From Phycisphaeraceae bacterium (lineage in GTDB: Bacteria; Planctomycetota; Phycisphaerae; Phycisphaerales; Phycisphaeraceae), in the NCBI GenBank assembly GCA_963674705.1, contig OY771506.1, forward strand, positions 4,768,001 to 4,832,000: a DNA stretch of 64,000 nt, given 5' to 3'. Shown one piece after another: positions 41,002 to 51,485 of the stretch (within the stretch, counting starts at the first letter, position 1; the number at the start of each line of letters is the position of its first letter). The translations under genes and the position numbers were made by a program. The notes beneath the pieces are model-generated. The model was not told the DNA's origin and did not search any database. It was given only the letters and a program-made list of their open reading frames with translations.

Positions 41002-41832
41002 ATGAAGGTCAAACGCATCCTGCTCGGACTGGGCGGCACCGACTACACCCCGGTAGCCATCCAGCATACGGTCGAACTGGCCCGGTTACACGGTGCAGAG
41101 GTTACTGCTGTAACGGTGGTGGATGAATCCCGGCTTACGAATGTGGGCCCGGTGCCGGTGGGCGGTGCGGCCTTCGTAAAAAGGATGCGTGAAAAGCGGA
41201 TAGAAGTAAGCCGTGAGCGTATCGAAGAGGCCATCGAATACTTACAGAAGAACTGTGCGGCCTATCGGGTTCCCTATGAAGTATTGCATGAGAAAGCCGA
41301 ACCGTTCACGCAACTGGCGAACCTCGCACGTTACCACGACGTGATGGTTTTTGGTCTGCGCAGCCTTTTCGACTGCGGCTTTGGGGTGGACGCTCAAGAC
41401 ACGCTGACAAAGCTGGTGCAATACGGTGTCCGTCCGATTATTGCGGTCCCCAACACGTTCAGCCCCTTGCGGCGCGTGCTGCTGACCTACAGCGGGTCGC
41501 CCGAGTCGGCGAAGGCGATCAAACGGTTCATACAGTCCGGGCTCTGGCCTGAAATCCAAATGAAGCTGTTGACATGCGGCCCGAACAAGCATGAGGCAGA
41601 AGCCTTGAACGAGCAGATGGCCCGTTACTGCCGGTCTCACGGTTTCAATCCCGAAATTGAAGTCAGTTTAGACACGCCCCGGCAACGGATTCTTGAATCG
41701 GCCAGCGAATTCGATGCGGACCTGATCGTGATGGGCAACGGGATCCGCAGTTACTGGCTCGATCGACTGTTAGGTAATACCGCATTACACGTGGTGCAAC
41801 ATTCAACCCGCGCTCTCTACATGACGCAGTAA
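41002..41832 (+). CDS. universal stress protein (tandem USP domains)
   Basis: KRILLG, RRVLLTYSGS, ADLIVMG..LLGNT. Confidence 0.88.
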   Translation: MKVKRILLGLGGTDYTPVAIQHTVELARLHGAEVTAVTVVDESRLTNVGPVPVGGAAFVKRMREKRIEVSRERIEEAIEYLQKNCAAYRVPYEVLHEKAEPFTQLANLARYHDVMVFGLRSLFDCGFGVDAQDTLTKLVQYGVRPIIAVPNTFSPLRRVLLTYSGSPESAKAIKRFIQSGLWPEIQMKLLTCGPNKHEAEALNEQMARYCRSHGFNPEIEVSLDTPRQRILESASEFDADLIVMGNGIRSYWLDRLLGNTALHVVQHSTRALYMTQ

Positions 41833-41849
41833 CCCACAAGGAGCACGCG

Positions 41850-42785
41850 ATGCCTTCCGACCTGGCATTGAAACATAGCGAGAAACTGATCTACGTCCGA
41901 GGCCGACGCGGCGGCGACCTCCCCTTTTCCAAGGGGCTGATGGCGACGAGCATCCTGGCGACCGGCATGGAAACGGGAACGGCCCACATGATCGCCGCCG
42001 GCATCGAGAAGCGTTTGCGGCAGGAGAAGCGGCGTGAGGTTGATGCCGATGAACTTGCGGCCCTGGCCGAACAGGCGATTGAAGTGCAAGCGGGTAAGGA
42101 CGCCGCCAACCGTTACCGCGCCTGGCGTCGTGTCAAGCGGGTAGGCCGACCGATTGTTGTATGTCTGGGCGGAGCGCCGGGTGTCGGAAAGTCCACGGTC
42201 GCAACGAGATTGGCGTTGCGATTGGGTATCAACCGTGTGGTGCCGTCGGATGCTGTACGTGAAGTGCTTCGAACCGTTGTCCCCCAGACGGTCTTGCCTG
42301 AATTGCACGTCTCGACCTACGAAACGGTCGAGGGCGATCCCGCGATCGGCTGCTCGCTGACAAGCTTTCTCCGGCAGTCACACGCGGTCGGATCGGCTTG
42401 TGCGGCGATAGCCAGCCGGTTGACCGCCGAACGGCGTCATGTGCTGCTGGAGGGCGCCCACGTCCTGCCGGGCAAGGTCCGCGATCACCTCGAGCAACAC
42501 GGTTCTGATGCAATCGTGGTTGAAGTACTGCTAACGATCGACCAGGAAGACACCCACCGGGAACAATTAACCACAAGGCTTAGCCGAGAACCGGACCGTG
42601 ATGGCCAACGGCACCTGAAGCACCTGCCGGTGATACGTCTGCTTCAGGAGGAACTTCGTAAACGGGCACACAAGGCGGGTGTCGCCGAGCATGATATCCG
42701 GCACCCGGAGGACCTTACACAGCGCGTCGTCGATCTGATCATTGCGCAGATCGACGCAACAAAAACCCTGCCGAAAGCGATATGA
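41850..42785 (+). CDS. 2-phosphoglycerate kinase-like protein (ATP-cone + P-loop)
   Basis: LPFSKGLMA, GGAPGVGKST..LA.RLGI, SDAVREVLR, LHVSTY, EGAHVLPG. Confidence 0.75.
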   Translation: MPSDLALKHSEKLIYVRGRRGGDLPFSKGLMATSILATGMETGTAHMIAAGIEKRLRQEKRREVDADELAALAEQAIEVQAGKDAANRYRAWRRVKRVGRPIVVCLGGAPGVGKSTVATRLALRLGINRVVPSDAVREVLRTVVPQTVLPELHVSTYETVEGDPAIGCSLTSFLRQSHAVGSACAAIASRLTAERRHVLLEGAHVLPGKVRDHLEQHGSDAIVVEVLLTIDQEDTHREQLTTRLSREPDRDGQRHLKHLPVIRLLQEELRKRAHKAGVAEHDIRHPEDLTQRVVDLIIAQIDATKTLPKAI

Positions 42786-43387
42786 GGATGGAACAAGAGA
42801 TCGAATTATTAGTACTGGACGCACACGGGATCATCCTCAACGCGTATTGGCCGATCTTCCTGCACGAAGTTGCTCTGCATACAGGCGAGACACACGAGGA
42901 AGTGAACCGGCGTTGGCACGAACAGGTACGCGATGACGCGTGGTCCGGCCGGATCGATGACCGCGAACTGTGGCAACGCTTGACGCTCTGTGGCGCAGGA
43001 ACACATGATTGGCATGGGATCCTCGAATCCGGCTATGTAATCGGACCGGCAGCGCGGTATTTGTCGGCGTGGTCCAAGGCCGTCCCGCTCTGGCTGCTAT
43101 CGAACCATCGAACGCACTGGTTGCTGCCGCGTCTTAAGCGCTTTGGCTTGATCGGCCACTTCGACCGCGTGCTGGTATCGGACAAGATAGGCGCCACTAA
43201 ACCCGACCCGAGTGCGTTCCGGGAAGCGCTCGATCGCGTTGCAGAAACCAATCGGATTCTGTTCGTCGATGATCACAAGAGCAACGTCGCAGCGGCCGGT
43301 CGGCTAGGCATTCAAACCATATATGCCGAGCTCGACACGCCTTGGGAGAACCGTGTGGATGTATTGCTCGGTCTTCAGCCGGCCTGA
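42782..43387 (+). CDS. HAD-superfamily phosphatase
   Basis: VLDAHG, LLSN, KPDP, FVDD. Confidence 0.85.
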   Translation: MRMEQEIELLVLDAHGIILNAYWPIFLHEVALHTGETHEEVNRRWHEQVRDDAWSGRIDDRELWQRLTLCGAGTHDWHGILESGYVIGPAARYLSAWSKAVPLWLLSNHRTHWLLPRLKRFGLIGHFDRVLVSDKIGATKPDPSAFREALDRVAETNRILFVDDHKSNVAAAGRLGIQTIYAELDTPWENRVDVLLGLQPA

Positions 43388-43516
43388 ACCCCGGGTTCAC
43401 ACCGAATTAGACGAGCCGGGATACGACGCGTCGGCAAGCGACGCCAGGTAACTCGCCGCGCTTACGTTGTGTCACTAAGATAAAGATGATCCCCGTTTCC
43501 AACAAAGTTTTCAGCC

Positions 43517-45850
43517 ATGCTTTGGATGATCCTGACGCCCCTAATCGCCGCCAGCCTTGTGCCGTGGCTTTGCCGTAAGCTCGGCCGAACTACGGCATGG
43601 CTTGCCGCGTTGCTGCCGGGTGGTATCGCAATGCTTACCGTATTGCGTTTACCAATGGAGCCGGGTGAAGCGTGGTCGGTGTCGCAGCCATGGGTACCCG
43701 CGCTTGGTATCGATTTAGCGTTCAGGATGGACGGGCTATCGGCGGTGTTCGTAATCCTGATCAGCGGTATCGGGGCGCTGATATTGCTATACGCCGGCAG
43801 CTATATGAAAACGGATCTCGGCAGGCTGCTGGGACTGTTGCTGCTGTTCCTCGGAGCGATGCTCGGGATCGTGCTTAGCGATGATCTATTCGTTCTGTTT
43901 ATTTTCTGGGAATTGACCAGCGTCGCATCTTTCTTATTGATCGGATTCAAGCACGATCAGGAAGGCGCCCGCGCGTCGGCCAGGCAGGCCCTGCTGGTCA
44001 CGGGCGCGGGTGGACTTGCACTGCTGGCGGGCATCGTCCTCTTGACAATCGCCGCTTTGCAGAGCGGGCTTTCTGTAGGATCGGCGTCGAAGATATCGGA
44101 ACTCATCGGCTCTGACGTCTCGACGCACAGCCTTTTTTTGCCAGCCATGATCCTCATCATGATCGGTGCTTTGTCTAAGTCGGCCCAAGTGCCCCTTCAC
44201 TTCTGGCTTCCCGACGCGATGACCGCGCCGACCCCGGTTTCCGCTTACCTGCACTCGGCGACGATGGTTAAGGCTGGTGTCTATCTGCTGGCGCGTCTGA
44301 ACCCGTTGTTTGGCCATAGTGCGACGTGGCATGCCGTTCTTGTGGCAACAGGAGCAATGACCATGCTGATCGGCGCCTTGATCGCTGCGGGTCAGACCGA
44401 CATGAAACGTATACTCGCCTACACGACCGTCAGTGTGCTGGGCACGCTCACGATGCTCATAGGTATCGGGACGGACCTGGCAATCAAAGCCGCGGTTGTC
44501 TACCTCACCGCCCACGCGTGTTACAAAGCGGCACTGTTCATGATTGCCGGCAGTATCGAGTACGTAACCGGTACACGTGACATTGAGAAACTGGGCGGTT
44601 TGTCACGCGCCATGCCGATCACAGCACTTTCCGGCGCTCTCGCCGCACTAAGCATGGCAGGGGCGCCACCGCTGTTTGGATTTATCGGCAAGGAGCTGTT
44701 GCTCAAGGCCAAACTAAATCTCGACACGCTGGGTGTTGCACTGATCTGTGCGGCTGTCGTCGCGAATATCTTTCTGATTGCCATGGCGCTGGCCGTCGCG
44801 GCGTGGCCCTTCTTCAGAGAAAGAAAACAGTCATCACGCAACGCCCGAGAAGTTCGCCTGCCCATGCTCATCGGGCCGTTTGTGTTGGCCGTGGCGGGTT
44901 TGTTCGTCGGCGTGATCCCTGATGTATTCGACCGCACACTGGGCTCGGCGATAGCGTCGTCGATTGGTGGGCGCACGATCCTCATGGACCTGGAGCTGTG
45001 GCACGGCTTCAGTCCCGTCGCGCTGACAGCGCTCGGGATCAGCTTAGTCACGTTGGGCTGCGGTTTCGCATTGTTCCTAAAGCTTCGCCACTGGTTGGGG
45101 GCGATCAAGCGCATCGTCGGTGTGGCCGCCGTGTATGGTCCCGCACGGATCTATGAAAAGCTCTATACGGGTATCCTGACGTGTGCGGCCGTGATAACCC
45201 GTAAGACACAGACAGGAAAGCTCCGCCAGGACCTTCGGGTTATTCTCGTGTTCTTCGTGACACTGAGTGTTTACCCGCTAGTCCGCACAGGTTTGCCTGA
45301 ACCAGAGGTACTGGGTGATTTACTCATCACGGAAAGCGTGCTCGGTCTGGTGCTGCTGGCTGGCGCACTGGCGGCGGTCCACAGCCGCTCTCGTCTGTCA
45401 GCCATCGCACTTCTGGGGATTACCGGCGTGCTGATTGCTGTACTGTTTGGCCTATTCAGTGCACCTGACCTCGCTATCACTCAGATTATGGTCGAGGCCT
45501 TAACGGTAGTATTACTCGTACTCACCTTCTATCGGCTTCCGAAGTTCGCAGCATTCCGTGAACGATCCGTACGTTGGCTTGATGCGATCATCGCTTTGGC
45601 GGCCGGCGCCGTGATGGCCACGATGCTCTATCAATCGTCGCTAGTTAGGCTGCCCGCTTCAGTGAGTGAAAAGATGGCCTCGCTAGCCCGCCCCGAAGCC
45701 CATGGGCGTAACGTTGTGAACGTGATCCTCGTGGACTTCCGTGCGCTGGATACACTCGGTGAAATTACCGTAGTCGCGATGGCAGGGCTGGGTGTATTCG
45801 CGTTAATCCGGACGGGACGATCCGCCCGTGCTAAAGGGGGTGAAGCGTGA
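43517..45850 (+). CDS. mrpA: Mrp Na+/H+ antiporter subunit A
   Basis: [58 protein letters not shown]. Confidence 0.95.
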   Translation: MLWMILTPLIAASLVPWLCRKLGRTTAWLAALLPGGIAMLTVLRLPMEPGEAWSVSQPWVPALGIDLAFRMDGLSAVFVILISGIGALILLYAGSYMKTDLGRLLGLLLLFLGAMLGIVLSDDLFVLFIFWELTSVASFLLIGFKHDQEGARASARQALLVTGAGGLALLAGIVLLTIAALQSGLSVGSASKISELIGSDVSTHSLFLPAMILIMIGALSKSAQVPLHFWLPDAMTAPTPVSAYLHSATMVKAGVYLLARLNPLFGHSATWHAVLVATGAMTMLIGALIAAGQTDMKRILAYTTVSVLGTLTMLIGIGTDLAIKAAVVYLTAHACYKAALFMIAGSIEYVTGTRDIEKLGGLSRAMPITALSGALAALSMAGAPPLFGFIGKELLLKAKLNLDTLGVALICAAVVANIFLIAMALAVAAWPFFRERKQSSRNAREVRLPMLIGPFVLAVAGLFVGVIPDVFDRTLGSAIASSIGGRTILMDLELWHGFSPVALTALGISLVTLGCGFALFLKLRHWLGAIKRIVGVAAVYGPARIYEKLYTGILTCAAVITRKTQTGKLRQDLRVILVFFVTLSVYPLVRTGLPEPEVLGDLLITESVLGLVLLAGALAAVHSRSRLSAIALLGITGVLIAVLFGLFSAPDLAITQIMVEALTVVLLVLTFYRLPKFAAFRERSVRWLDAIIALAAGAVMATMLYQSSLVRLPASVSEKMASLARPEAHGRNVVNVILVDFRALDTLGEITVVAMAGLGVFALIRTGRSARAKGGEA

Positions 45851-46257
45851 ACGCGATTGTGTTCCAGACGACAGTACGTTTCGTGACCCCGGTGCTGTTG
45901 CTTTTCTCGATCTTCATGCTGCTGCGCGGGCACAACGAACCGGGCGGGGGCTTTATCGGTGGGCTTCTGGCCGCCACCGCCTTCGTGCTTTATGGGCTGG
46001 CGTTCAGCATGGATCGTGTCAAGAGTCTGCTTCGTGTGTCGCCACCCACTCTCATCGGCATCGGGCTGCTGCTTGCCGTCATCAGCGGCTGTGTCGCGTT
46101 GATAGCAGGTCAGCCCTTCATGTACGGACTGTGGCTTGCGTGGGAGTTGCCCCTCGGACTTAAGGCCGGAACCGTGTTGCTATTCGACGTGGGGGTGTTT
46201 CTGGTTGTTCTGGGTGCGGTACTGTTATTCATCATCAGCTTGAGCGAAGAATCATGA
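45847..46257 (+). CDS. mrpB: Mrp subunit B
   Basis: [22 protein letters not shown]. Confidence 0.93.
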   Translation: MNAIVFQTTVRFVTPVLLLFSIFMLLRGHNEPGGGFIGGLLAATAFVLYGLAFSMDRVKSLLRVSPPTLIGIGLLLAVISGCVALIAGQPFMYGLWLAWELPLGLKAGTVLLFDVGVFLVVLGAVLLFIISLSEES

Positions 46258-46598
46258 TCATCATCGGATCCATCCTGGTCGGACTGTTGTACGCGTCGGC
46301 GTTATACCTGCTGATGGCGCGCAGTTCAGTAAAGCTCATCTTCGGGCTTTTGCTGATCGGTCACGCGGCCAACTTGTTGATCTTTTCGGCCGGGGGATGG
46401 ATCCGTGCCCAGCCGCCGATTGTTTCGCCCGACGCATCCGCACCGTCGCCGGGGCACGCGGACCCATTGCCTCAGGCCCTGATCCTCACAGCCATCGTGA
46501 TCAGTTTTTCGGTGCTCGCTTTCGCGAGCGTATTGGTACGCCGCGCCTGTCATGTCTTCGGGACCGATGAGATCGTGAACGAAGGAGACCAGCCATGA
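46254..46598 (+). CDS. mrpC: Mrp subunit C
   Basis: [15 protein letters not shown]. Confidence 0.93.
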   Translation: MIIIGSILVGLLYASALYLLMARSSVKLIFGLLLIGHAANLLIFSAGGWIRAQPPIVSPDASAPSPGHADPLPQALILTAIVISFSVLAFASVLVRRACHVFGTDEIVNEGDQP

Positions 46599-48190
46599 TT
46601 GGCACGCTCCCAGTCCTTCCGATCCTGATCCCGTTACTCACCGCCTGCTGCAGCCTGCTTCTCATAAGACAGCGCAGGGCACAACGGTGTGTCGCGCTGA
46701 TCGGTGCATTGGCTCTGCTTGTGGCAAGCGTCTTTCTGGCTGCGCGTGTTTGGCACAACGGGACGCAAGTAATCCATGTCGGCGGGTGGGACGCCCCTGT
46801 TGGGATCGTCTTCGTAGCCGACCTCTTTGCTGTCGTGATGGTGGTCGTCGCCGCCGTGATTCATCTTGCCGTGAGTGTTTATACTTTGGGTCATTCCAAC
46901 CCGGCTGACGAGCGGCACGGCTACTTCGTCGCCCAGAATATCCTGCTCTTGGGCGTTTGTGGCGCATTCCTGACCGGTGACCTGTTCAACCTCTACGTGT
47001 GGTTTGAGGTGATGCTCATCGGCAGCTTTGTGCTGCTTGTGATGGGCGGTGGCCGTAAACGCATGCAAGCGGGTATCAGGTACGTGACGCTGAGCCTGCT
47101 GAGTTCAGCCATGTTCCTTGCCGGGGTGGGCCTGTTATACGGGATCGCTCACACTCTGAACATGGCAGACTTGTCCCAGCGCCTGGCTCTTGTCAATACG
47201 GAGCATCCGTGGCTGGTGACTGCTGCCTCGGGGCTGTTGTTAGTCAGCTTCGGTATCAAAGCTGCGGTCTTCCCGCTCTACTTCTGGCTACCCGCCAGCT
47301 ACCACACCGCAAGACCGGCGACCTCCGCTATCTTCGCGGGGCTGTTGACAAAAGTCGGTGTGTACGCACTGATCCGGGTATTCGCCACCGTCATACCCTA
47401 CAGCCCGTATATCTTTCACATACTCCTGTTCATCGCCGGCCTGACCATGCTGATGGGGGTTTGGGGTGCCGTGTCCCAGTCTGGCTTCAGGCGGGTGCTC
47501 GGGTTCCATATCATCAGCCAGATCGGGTACATGGTGATGGGCTTGGCACTGTTGACTTCGGATGATCCACAACTTCGTCAACTGGGGATTGTTGCGTCGA
47601 TCTTCTACATCGTGCACCACATTATCGTGAAAACTAATCTGTTCCTGATCGGTGGGATCGTCCGGCACCTCACGGGAACCGAAGACCTGTCACGCCTGGG
47701 CGGGATGCTTAAACACGCGCCATGGCTAGCGATACTCTTTGCCATCCCAGCCATGAGTCTCGCTGGTCTGCCACCTCTCTCGGGCTTCTGGGCGAAACTC
47801 ACGATGATCAAGGCAGGCTTCGCCACAGGACAATACCTGCTGACAACGATCGCAATCGTCGCAGGGTTGTTAACGCTTGTAAGCATGCTCAAGCTCTGGA
47901 ACGAGGTTTTCTGGAAACCCGCTCCTGAGAACATGGGGACCGACACGCCCGAGGGTGTCATCACACCCGCAATACAGTCACCTCGTCGATTGGCGTTGCT
48001 GGCCGCCCCTTGCGGTGTGCTGGCACTGCTGACGGTCGCCATCGGCTTACATCCACAAGCACTATTGACCATCGCCGATCAAGCTGCCGCGGGCATCCTT
48101 GATCGCTCCGCGTATGTTCAACAGGTTTTGCCCCATGTCCAGGCCGAAGTGACTCGAGGGATCACGAACGAAAGTGAGGACCTACGATGA
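46595..48190 (+). CDS. mrpD: Mrp subunit D
   Basis: TGDLFNLYVWFEV, WLPASY, GLLTKVGVY, GLPPLSGF. Confidence 0.93.
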   Translation: MIGTLPVLPILIPLLTACCSLLLIRQRRAQRCVALIGALALLVASVFLAARVWHNGTQVIHVGGWDAPVGIVFVADLFAVVMVVVAAVIHLAVSVYTLGHSNPADERHGYFVAQNILLLGVCGAFLTGDLFNLYVWFEVMLIGSFVLLVMGGGRKRMQAGIRYVTLSLLSSAMFLAGVGLLYGIAHTLNMADLSQRLALVNTEHPWLVTAASGLLLVSFGIKAAVFPLYFWLPASYHTARPATSAIFAGLLTKVGVYALIRVFATVIPYSPYIFHILLFIAGLTMLMGVWGAVSQSGFRRVLGFHIISQIGYMVMGLALLTSDDPQLRQLGIVASIFYIVHHIIVKTNLFLIGGIVRHLTGTEDLSRLGGMLKHAPWLAILFAIPAMSLAGLPPLSGFWAKLTMIKAGFATGQYLLTTIAIVAGLLTLVSMLKLWNEVFWKPAPENMGTDTPEGVITPAIQSPRRLALLAAPCGVLALLTVAIGLHPQALLTIADQAAAGILDRSAYVQQVLPHVQAEVTRGITNESEDLR

Positions 48191-48660
48191 AGGCGCTGTT
48201 GATGAACATCCTGTTGATGGCCCTATGGGTAGCCTCCACCGGTGACTTCGGCTACGGCAATATCCTTATCGGGTTCGCCCTCGGATACCTCGTGCTGTGG
48301 TGGATGTCTCCGCTGCTTGGTCGGACCTCGTACTTCAGGAAACTACCGTTGACGATTGGATTCGCTTTCGTGCTTGCATGGGAGATATTCAAAGCGAACC
48401 TCCGCGTAGCATGGGACGTTGTGACCCCCACCCGCTATCGGCGTCCGGGGATCGTGGCTGTCCCGCTCGACGCCGAAACAGACCTGGAGATCGCCGTCCT
48501 CGCCAACCTGATCACACTGACCCCGGGGAGCCTGTGCATTGATGTTGGGGAAGATCGGCGCGTGATGTACATCCATGCGATGTTTGTGGATGACCCGGAA
48601 CAGGTCCGCAAGGAAGTCAAGCAAAGATTGGAAAGCTGGGTACTCGCACTGATGCGGTGA
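48187..48660 (+). CDS. mrpE: Mrp subunit E
   Basis: LANLITLTPG. Confidence 0.92.
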   Translation: MKALLMNILLMALWVASTGDFGYGNILIGFALGYLVLWWMSPLLGRTSYFRKLPLTIGFAFVLAWEIFKANLRVAWDVVTPTRYRRPGIVAVPLDAETDLEIAVLANLITLTPGSLCIDVGEDRRVMYIHAMFVDDPEQVRKEVKQRLESWVLALMR

Positions 48661-48686
48661 GACGATATCTGGAGGATAACGGACTG

Positions 48687-48938
48687 ATGATACTGGCTGT
48701 GGAGTACATGTTGATCCTGTCGATAGCGCTGGCCGCACTGCGTCTGATACGCGGGCCCGGGCTTGCCGACCGTGTCGTGGCACTCGACGTGATCGCGATC
48801 TTGTCCACCGCGCTCATGGCGCTCTACGCGGCTCAGTACAGGAACCCCGTCTTCCTCGACGTGGCCGTCATTCTCGCATTGGTCAGTTTCGTAGGGACCG
48901 TTGCATTTGCTCACTTTATCGAAAGGAAAACATCATGA
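48687..48938 (+). CDS. mrpF: Mrp subunit F
   Basis: RGPGLADRVVALD, FVGTVAFA; alternative GTG start at 48657. Confidence 0.9.
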   Translation: MILAVEYMLILSIALAALRLIRGPGLADRVVALDVIAILSTALMALYAAQYRNPVFLDVAVILALVSFVGTVAFAHFIERKTS

Positions 48939-49285
48939 CCGAAGTCGTGTTGAACATATTGAGTACCGCCCTGCTGTTTGTCGGTGGGATATTTTGTCTC
49001 TTAGCCGCAGTGGGTATCTTGGTCATGCCAGACGTCTATACGCGGATGCAGGCCGCCAGTAAAGCCGTCACGCTCGGTACCTGCACGGTTTTACTCGCCG
49101 CCGTACTCACGATGCCAGATATCGACGTGACCGCACGCGGCCTGCTCGTGTGTGTTTTTCTGGTGGTCACGGTCCCCGCTGCAACACATCTGCTCGCAAG
49201 AGCGGCTTACCGCAGCCGAGAACCATTGGGTCAAGACACTGTGATCGATGAACTGGAACGCAAGCGGAGTTTGAAGTCAAGATGA
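48935..49285 (+). CDS. mrpG: Mrp subunit G
   Basis: PDVYTRMQAASKAVTLG, HLLARAA. Confidence 0.92.
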   Translation: MTEVVLNILSTALLFVGGIFCLLAAVGILVMPDVYTRMQAASKAVTLGTCTVLLAAVLTMPDIDVTARGLLVCVFLVVTVPAATHLLARAAYRSREPLGQDTVIDELERKRSLKSR

Positions 49286-49440
49286 GATCTGCATAAGCCC
49301 ATGATTAAACTTGTACCAGCTCATGAATAGAATAAGGACTGATGTAAAGCAGATGACCCTCATCTAAAACGTCTCATACTGAGGGAATAGTTTAGCTTGA
49401 TCCTGCTACTATATCAGGCCAAGTAACAGACATACGAGAT

Positions 49441-50286
49441 CTACCTTTTCAAACCTGCCCACAGCATCTTGACGGGCGCGGTGATCACCCGGCCGTAGGG
49501 CACCCGCGCGGGGGTTGTGTCGCGCTTGATAAGGATCACAGTCAGGTCGTCCTGATCAAGCTGAGACATATCACTCACCAGATCGATTAACATATGAACG
49601 CTTTGCTCAGGTTCGTCAGGTGGTAAGGACCGAGCCAGTTCCAGCAACCCATCTTGGCCGAGTTGACGCCCGTTGGGTCGCGTCGCTTCGGTCAACGCGT
49701 CGCTGTAACACAGCACCATGTCATGCGGCTCAAGACTCATGGACTGCTGACTGTAGTCCGCTTCATTGAATAGGCCCAAAGGCAGATCTCTCATCGCTCC
49801 ATCGGACTGACTATCACGGCGGAGCAGACGCCAAGTCTGTCGGCGGTGGCTGTAGTGTAGCGGGGGTGGATGCCCCGCATTCGAGATGGTCAGCGATTGC
49901 CGAGGGGCGAAGAACGTCAGTACCAATGCCGTGGCAAAGGATGAGTCTGTGTCGAGTTGCTTGAACTGCTCATTGATTGATGTAAGTACACGTGTCTGAT
50001 CGATCCGGTTCACATTACGCCGCATGATTTGACGCAGGTTCGAGGACAATTCGGCCACCTTCTGGCCATGCCCACAGACGTCGGCCAACAGCAGCCGGGA
50101 GATCGATCCGGAGGCGCATGAGGTGACATAGTGAACGTCCCCCCCGGCTTCCGAAGATCGGCCATAAGGCTTACTGTATATCCATGCGTTAAGCCCGAGC
50201 ATCTTCACGCCGACATCCGCGTGGCTATTGCCACCCCAGACTTCCATGCAAGCCATCTTGTGCGTGTCGCTCTCACTAACGGGCAT
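49441..50286 (-). CDS. PP2C/SpoIIE-type protein phosphatase
   Basis: GGDVH, ADVCGHG, NAGHPPP, YSDALTE, DDLT. Confidence 0.88.
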   Translation of the reverse strand: MPVSESDTHKMACMEVWGGNSHADVGVKMLGLNAWIYSKPYGRSSEAGGDVHYVTSCASGSISRLLLADVCGHGQKVAELSSNLRQIMRRNVNRIDQTRVLTSINEQFKQLDTDSSFATALVLTFFAPRQSLTISNAGHPPPLHYSHRRQTWRLLRRDSQSDGAMRDLPLGLFNEADYSQQSMSLEPHDMVLCYSDALTEATRPNGRQLGQDGLLELARSLPPDEPEQSVHMLIDLVSDMSQLDQDDLTVILIKRDTTPARVPYGRVITAPVKMLWAGLKR

Positions 50287-51247
50287 GTACAGTCTCCTCT
50301 TTGATCAACGCAACATCCGGCTGGATCGTCTGACACGCATTTGTGTTGCAGAGCCCGGGGTAGTCCGGACGGTCGGCGGCCGTTCTGTGACGAAATGATC
50401 TTACCAAGCGGCCACGATGTATCAGAAACGCTCCGGGCATCTGAAATCCGTCCCCGGCCAAACGACCGGGCCAATGCCCCCGTAAACCCGCGACGATGCC
50501 ACGCAACCAGACCAACGGCCCGAACAAGGCCAGGAATGAGCCACGGCCCAAACCCAATGATCGATACAGTTCGCGGTGCGGATCGCTGATCCGTGGCAGA
50601 TCCGCCAGTCCATACGCCGCAAACAAGCGTTCTGCCTGATCCTCCAACGCCATGTGCACCAGGATGATCTGCACACCCTTACTTTCGATCTTCTTACGCT
50701 GGCTTGCAATATCTTGCAGGGCTACTTTACAGAAGCTGCAACCTGCATGACGCAGGCAGAGCACAAGCGCCGGTTGACGCTGCGTCAGGTCCCACAGACT
50801 TTGACCGGTCTGTGTGAGTGCGTGACGCATGGCAACACTAGCGGGTTGTACCTGCGCAGTAGTTTCATTACCGCGTGCTGCCGACCAGAGAATCGCGGCA
50901 AAAGGCAGCCACCAGATCAGGTCATTCGTCAGGATCATGATCCCAAATTCCAGCGGGAAGTCACCGGCCAGAAAGGCATATACGAAGCCAATGGGCCCGA
51001 GCACTTTGCCGATCAGGCCGACAAGCACCAGGGGCCACCAGCGGATCGGGTCCGTCGCCGCGATAGCGTACCCGATGCCATAACACCCCACGATCATCCC
51101 GACACACTGCCATATCTGGGGGTAACGAGGCGGCTCGAGCCCGGTCAGACTGAATGCAGCAAGCGGAAACAGCACGACCCAGGCACCCCACAGAAGGTTG
51201 TAGGCCGCCGCCAGGATCAACACACATCTCATCCAAGGTTGGGTCAT
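50276..51247 (-). CDS. membrane domain fused to peroxiredoxin-like (AhpC/TSA-type) domain
   Basis: Four N-terminal TM helices; LRHAGCSFC, SDP, QMPGAF. Confidence 0.75.
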   Translation of the reverse strand: MTQPWMRCVLILAAAYNLLWGAWVVLFPLAAFSLTGLEPPRYPQIWQCVGMIVGCYGIGYAIAATDPIRWWPLVLVGLIGKVLGPIGFVYAFLAGDFPLEFGIMILTNDLIWWLPFAAILWSAARGNETTAQVQPASVAMRHALTQTGQSLWDLTQRQPALVLCLRHAGCSFCKVALQDIASQRKKIESKGVQIILVHMALEDQAERLFAAYGLADLPRISDPHRELYRSLGLGRGSFLALFGPLVWLRGIVAGLRGHWPGRLAGDGFQMPGAFLIHRGRLVRSFRHRTAADRPDYPGLCNTNACQTIQPDVALIKEETVHAR

Positions 51248-51485
51248 TGATGAATAAATCCGCTGTTAAGCCCCTGCCGTTAAACGGCTTCTCGTTGACT
51301 ACAACCCGGCGGGCAATATCCAGATCAACTGAATCCGCTCAGTCATTTACTTCGTATACATACAGTAGCTGGATTCAACCGAGGTGAGTATCTCTAAATG
51401 TCCCTTGAGCTTCCGCTTCTCTATCCCTACCACACGGGGATATAAATACACGAATATCTGTAGTCAAGAGGGTTTGGACACAAGG

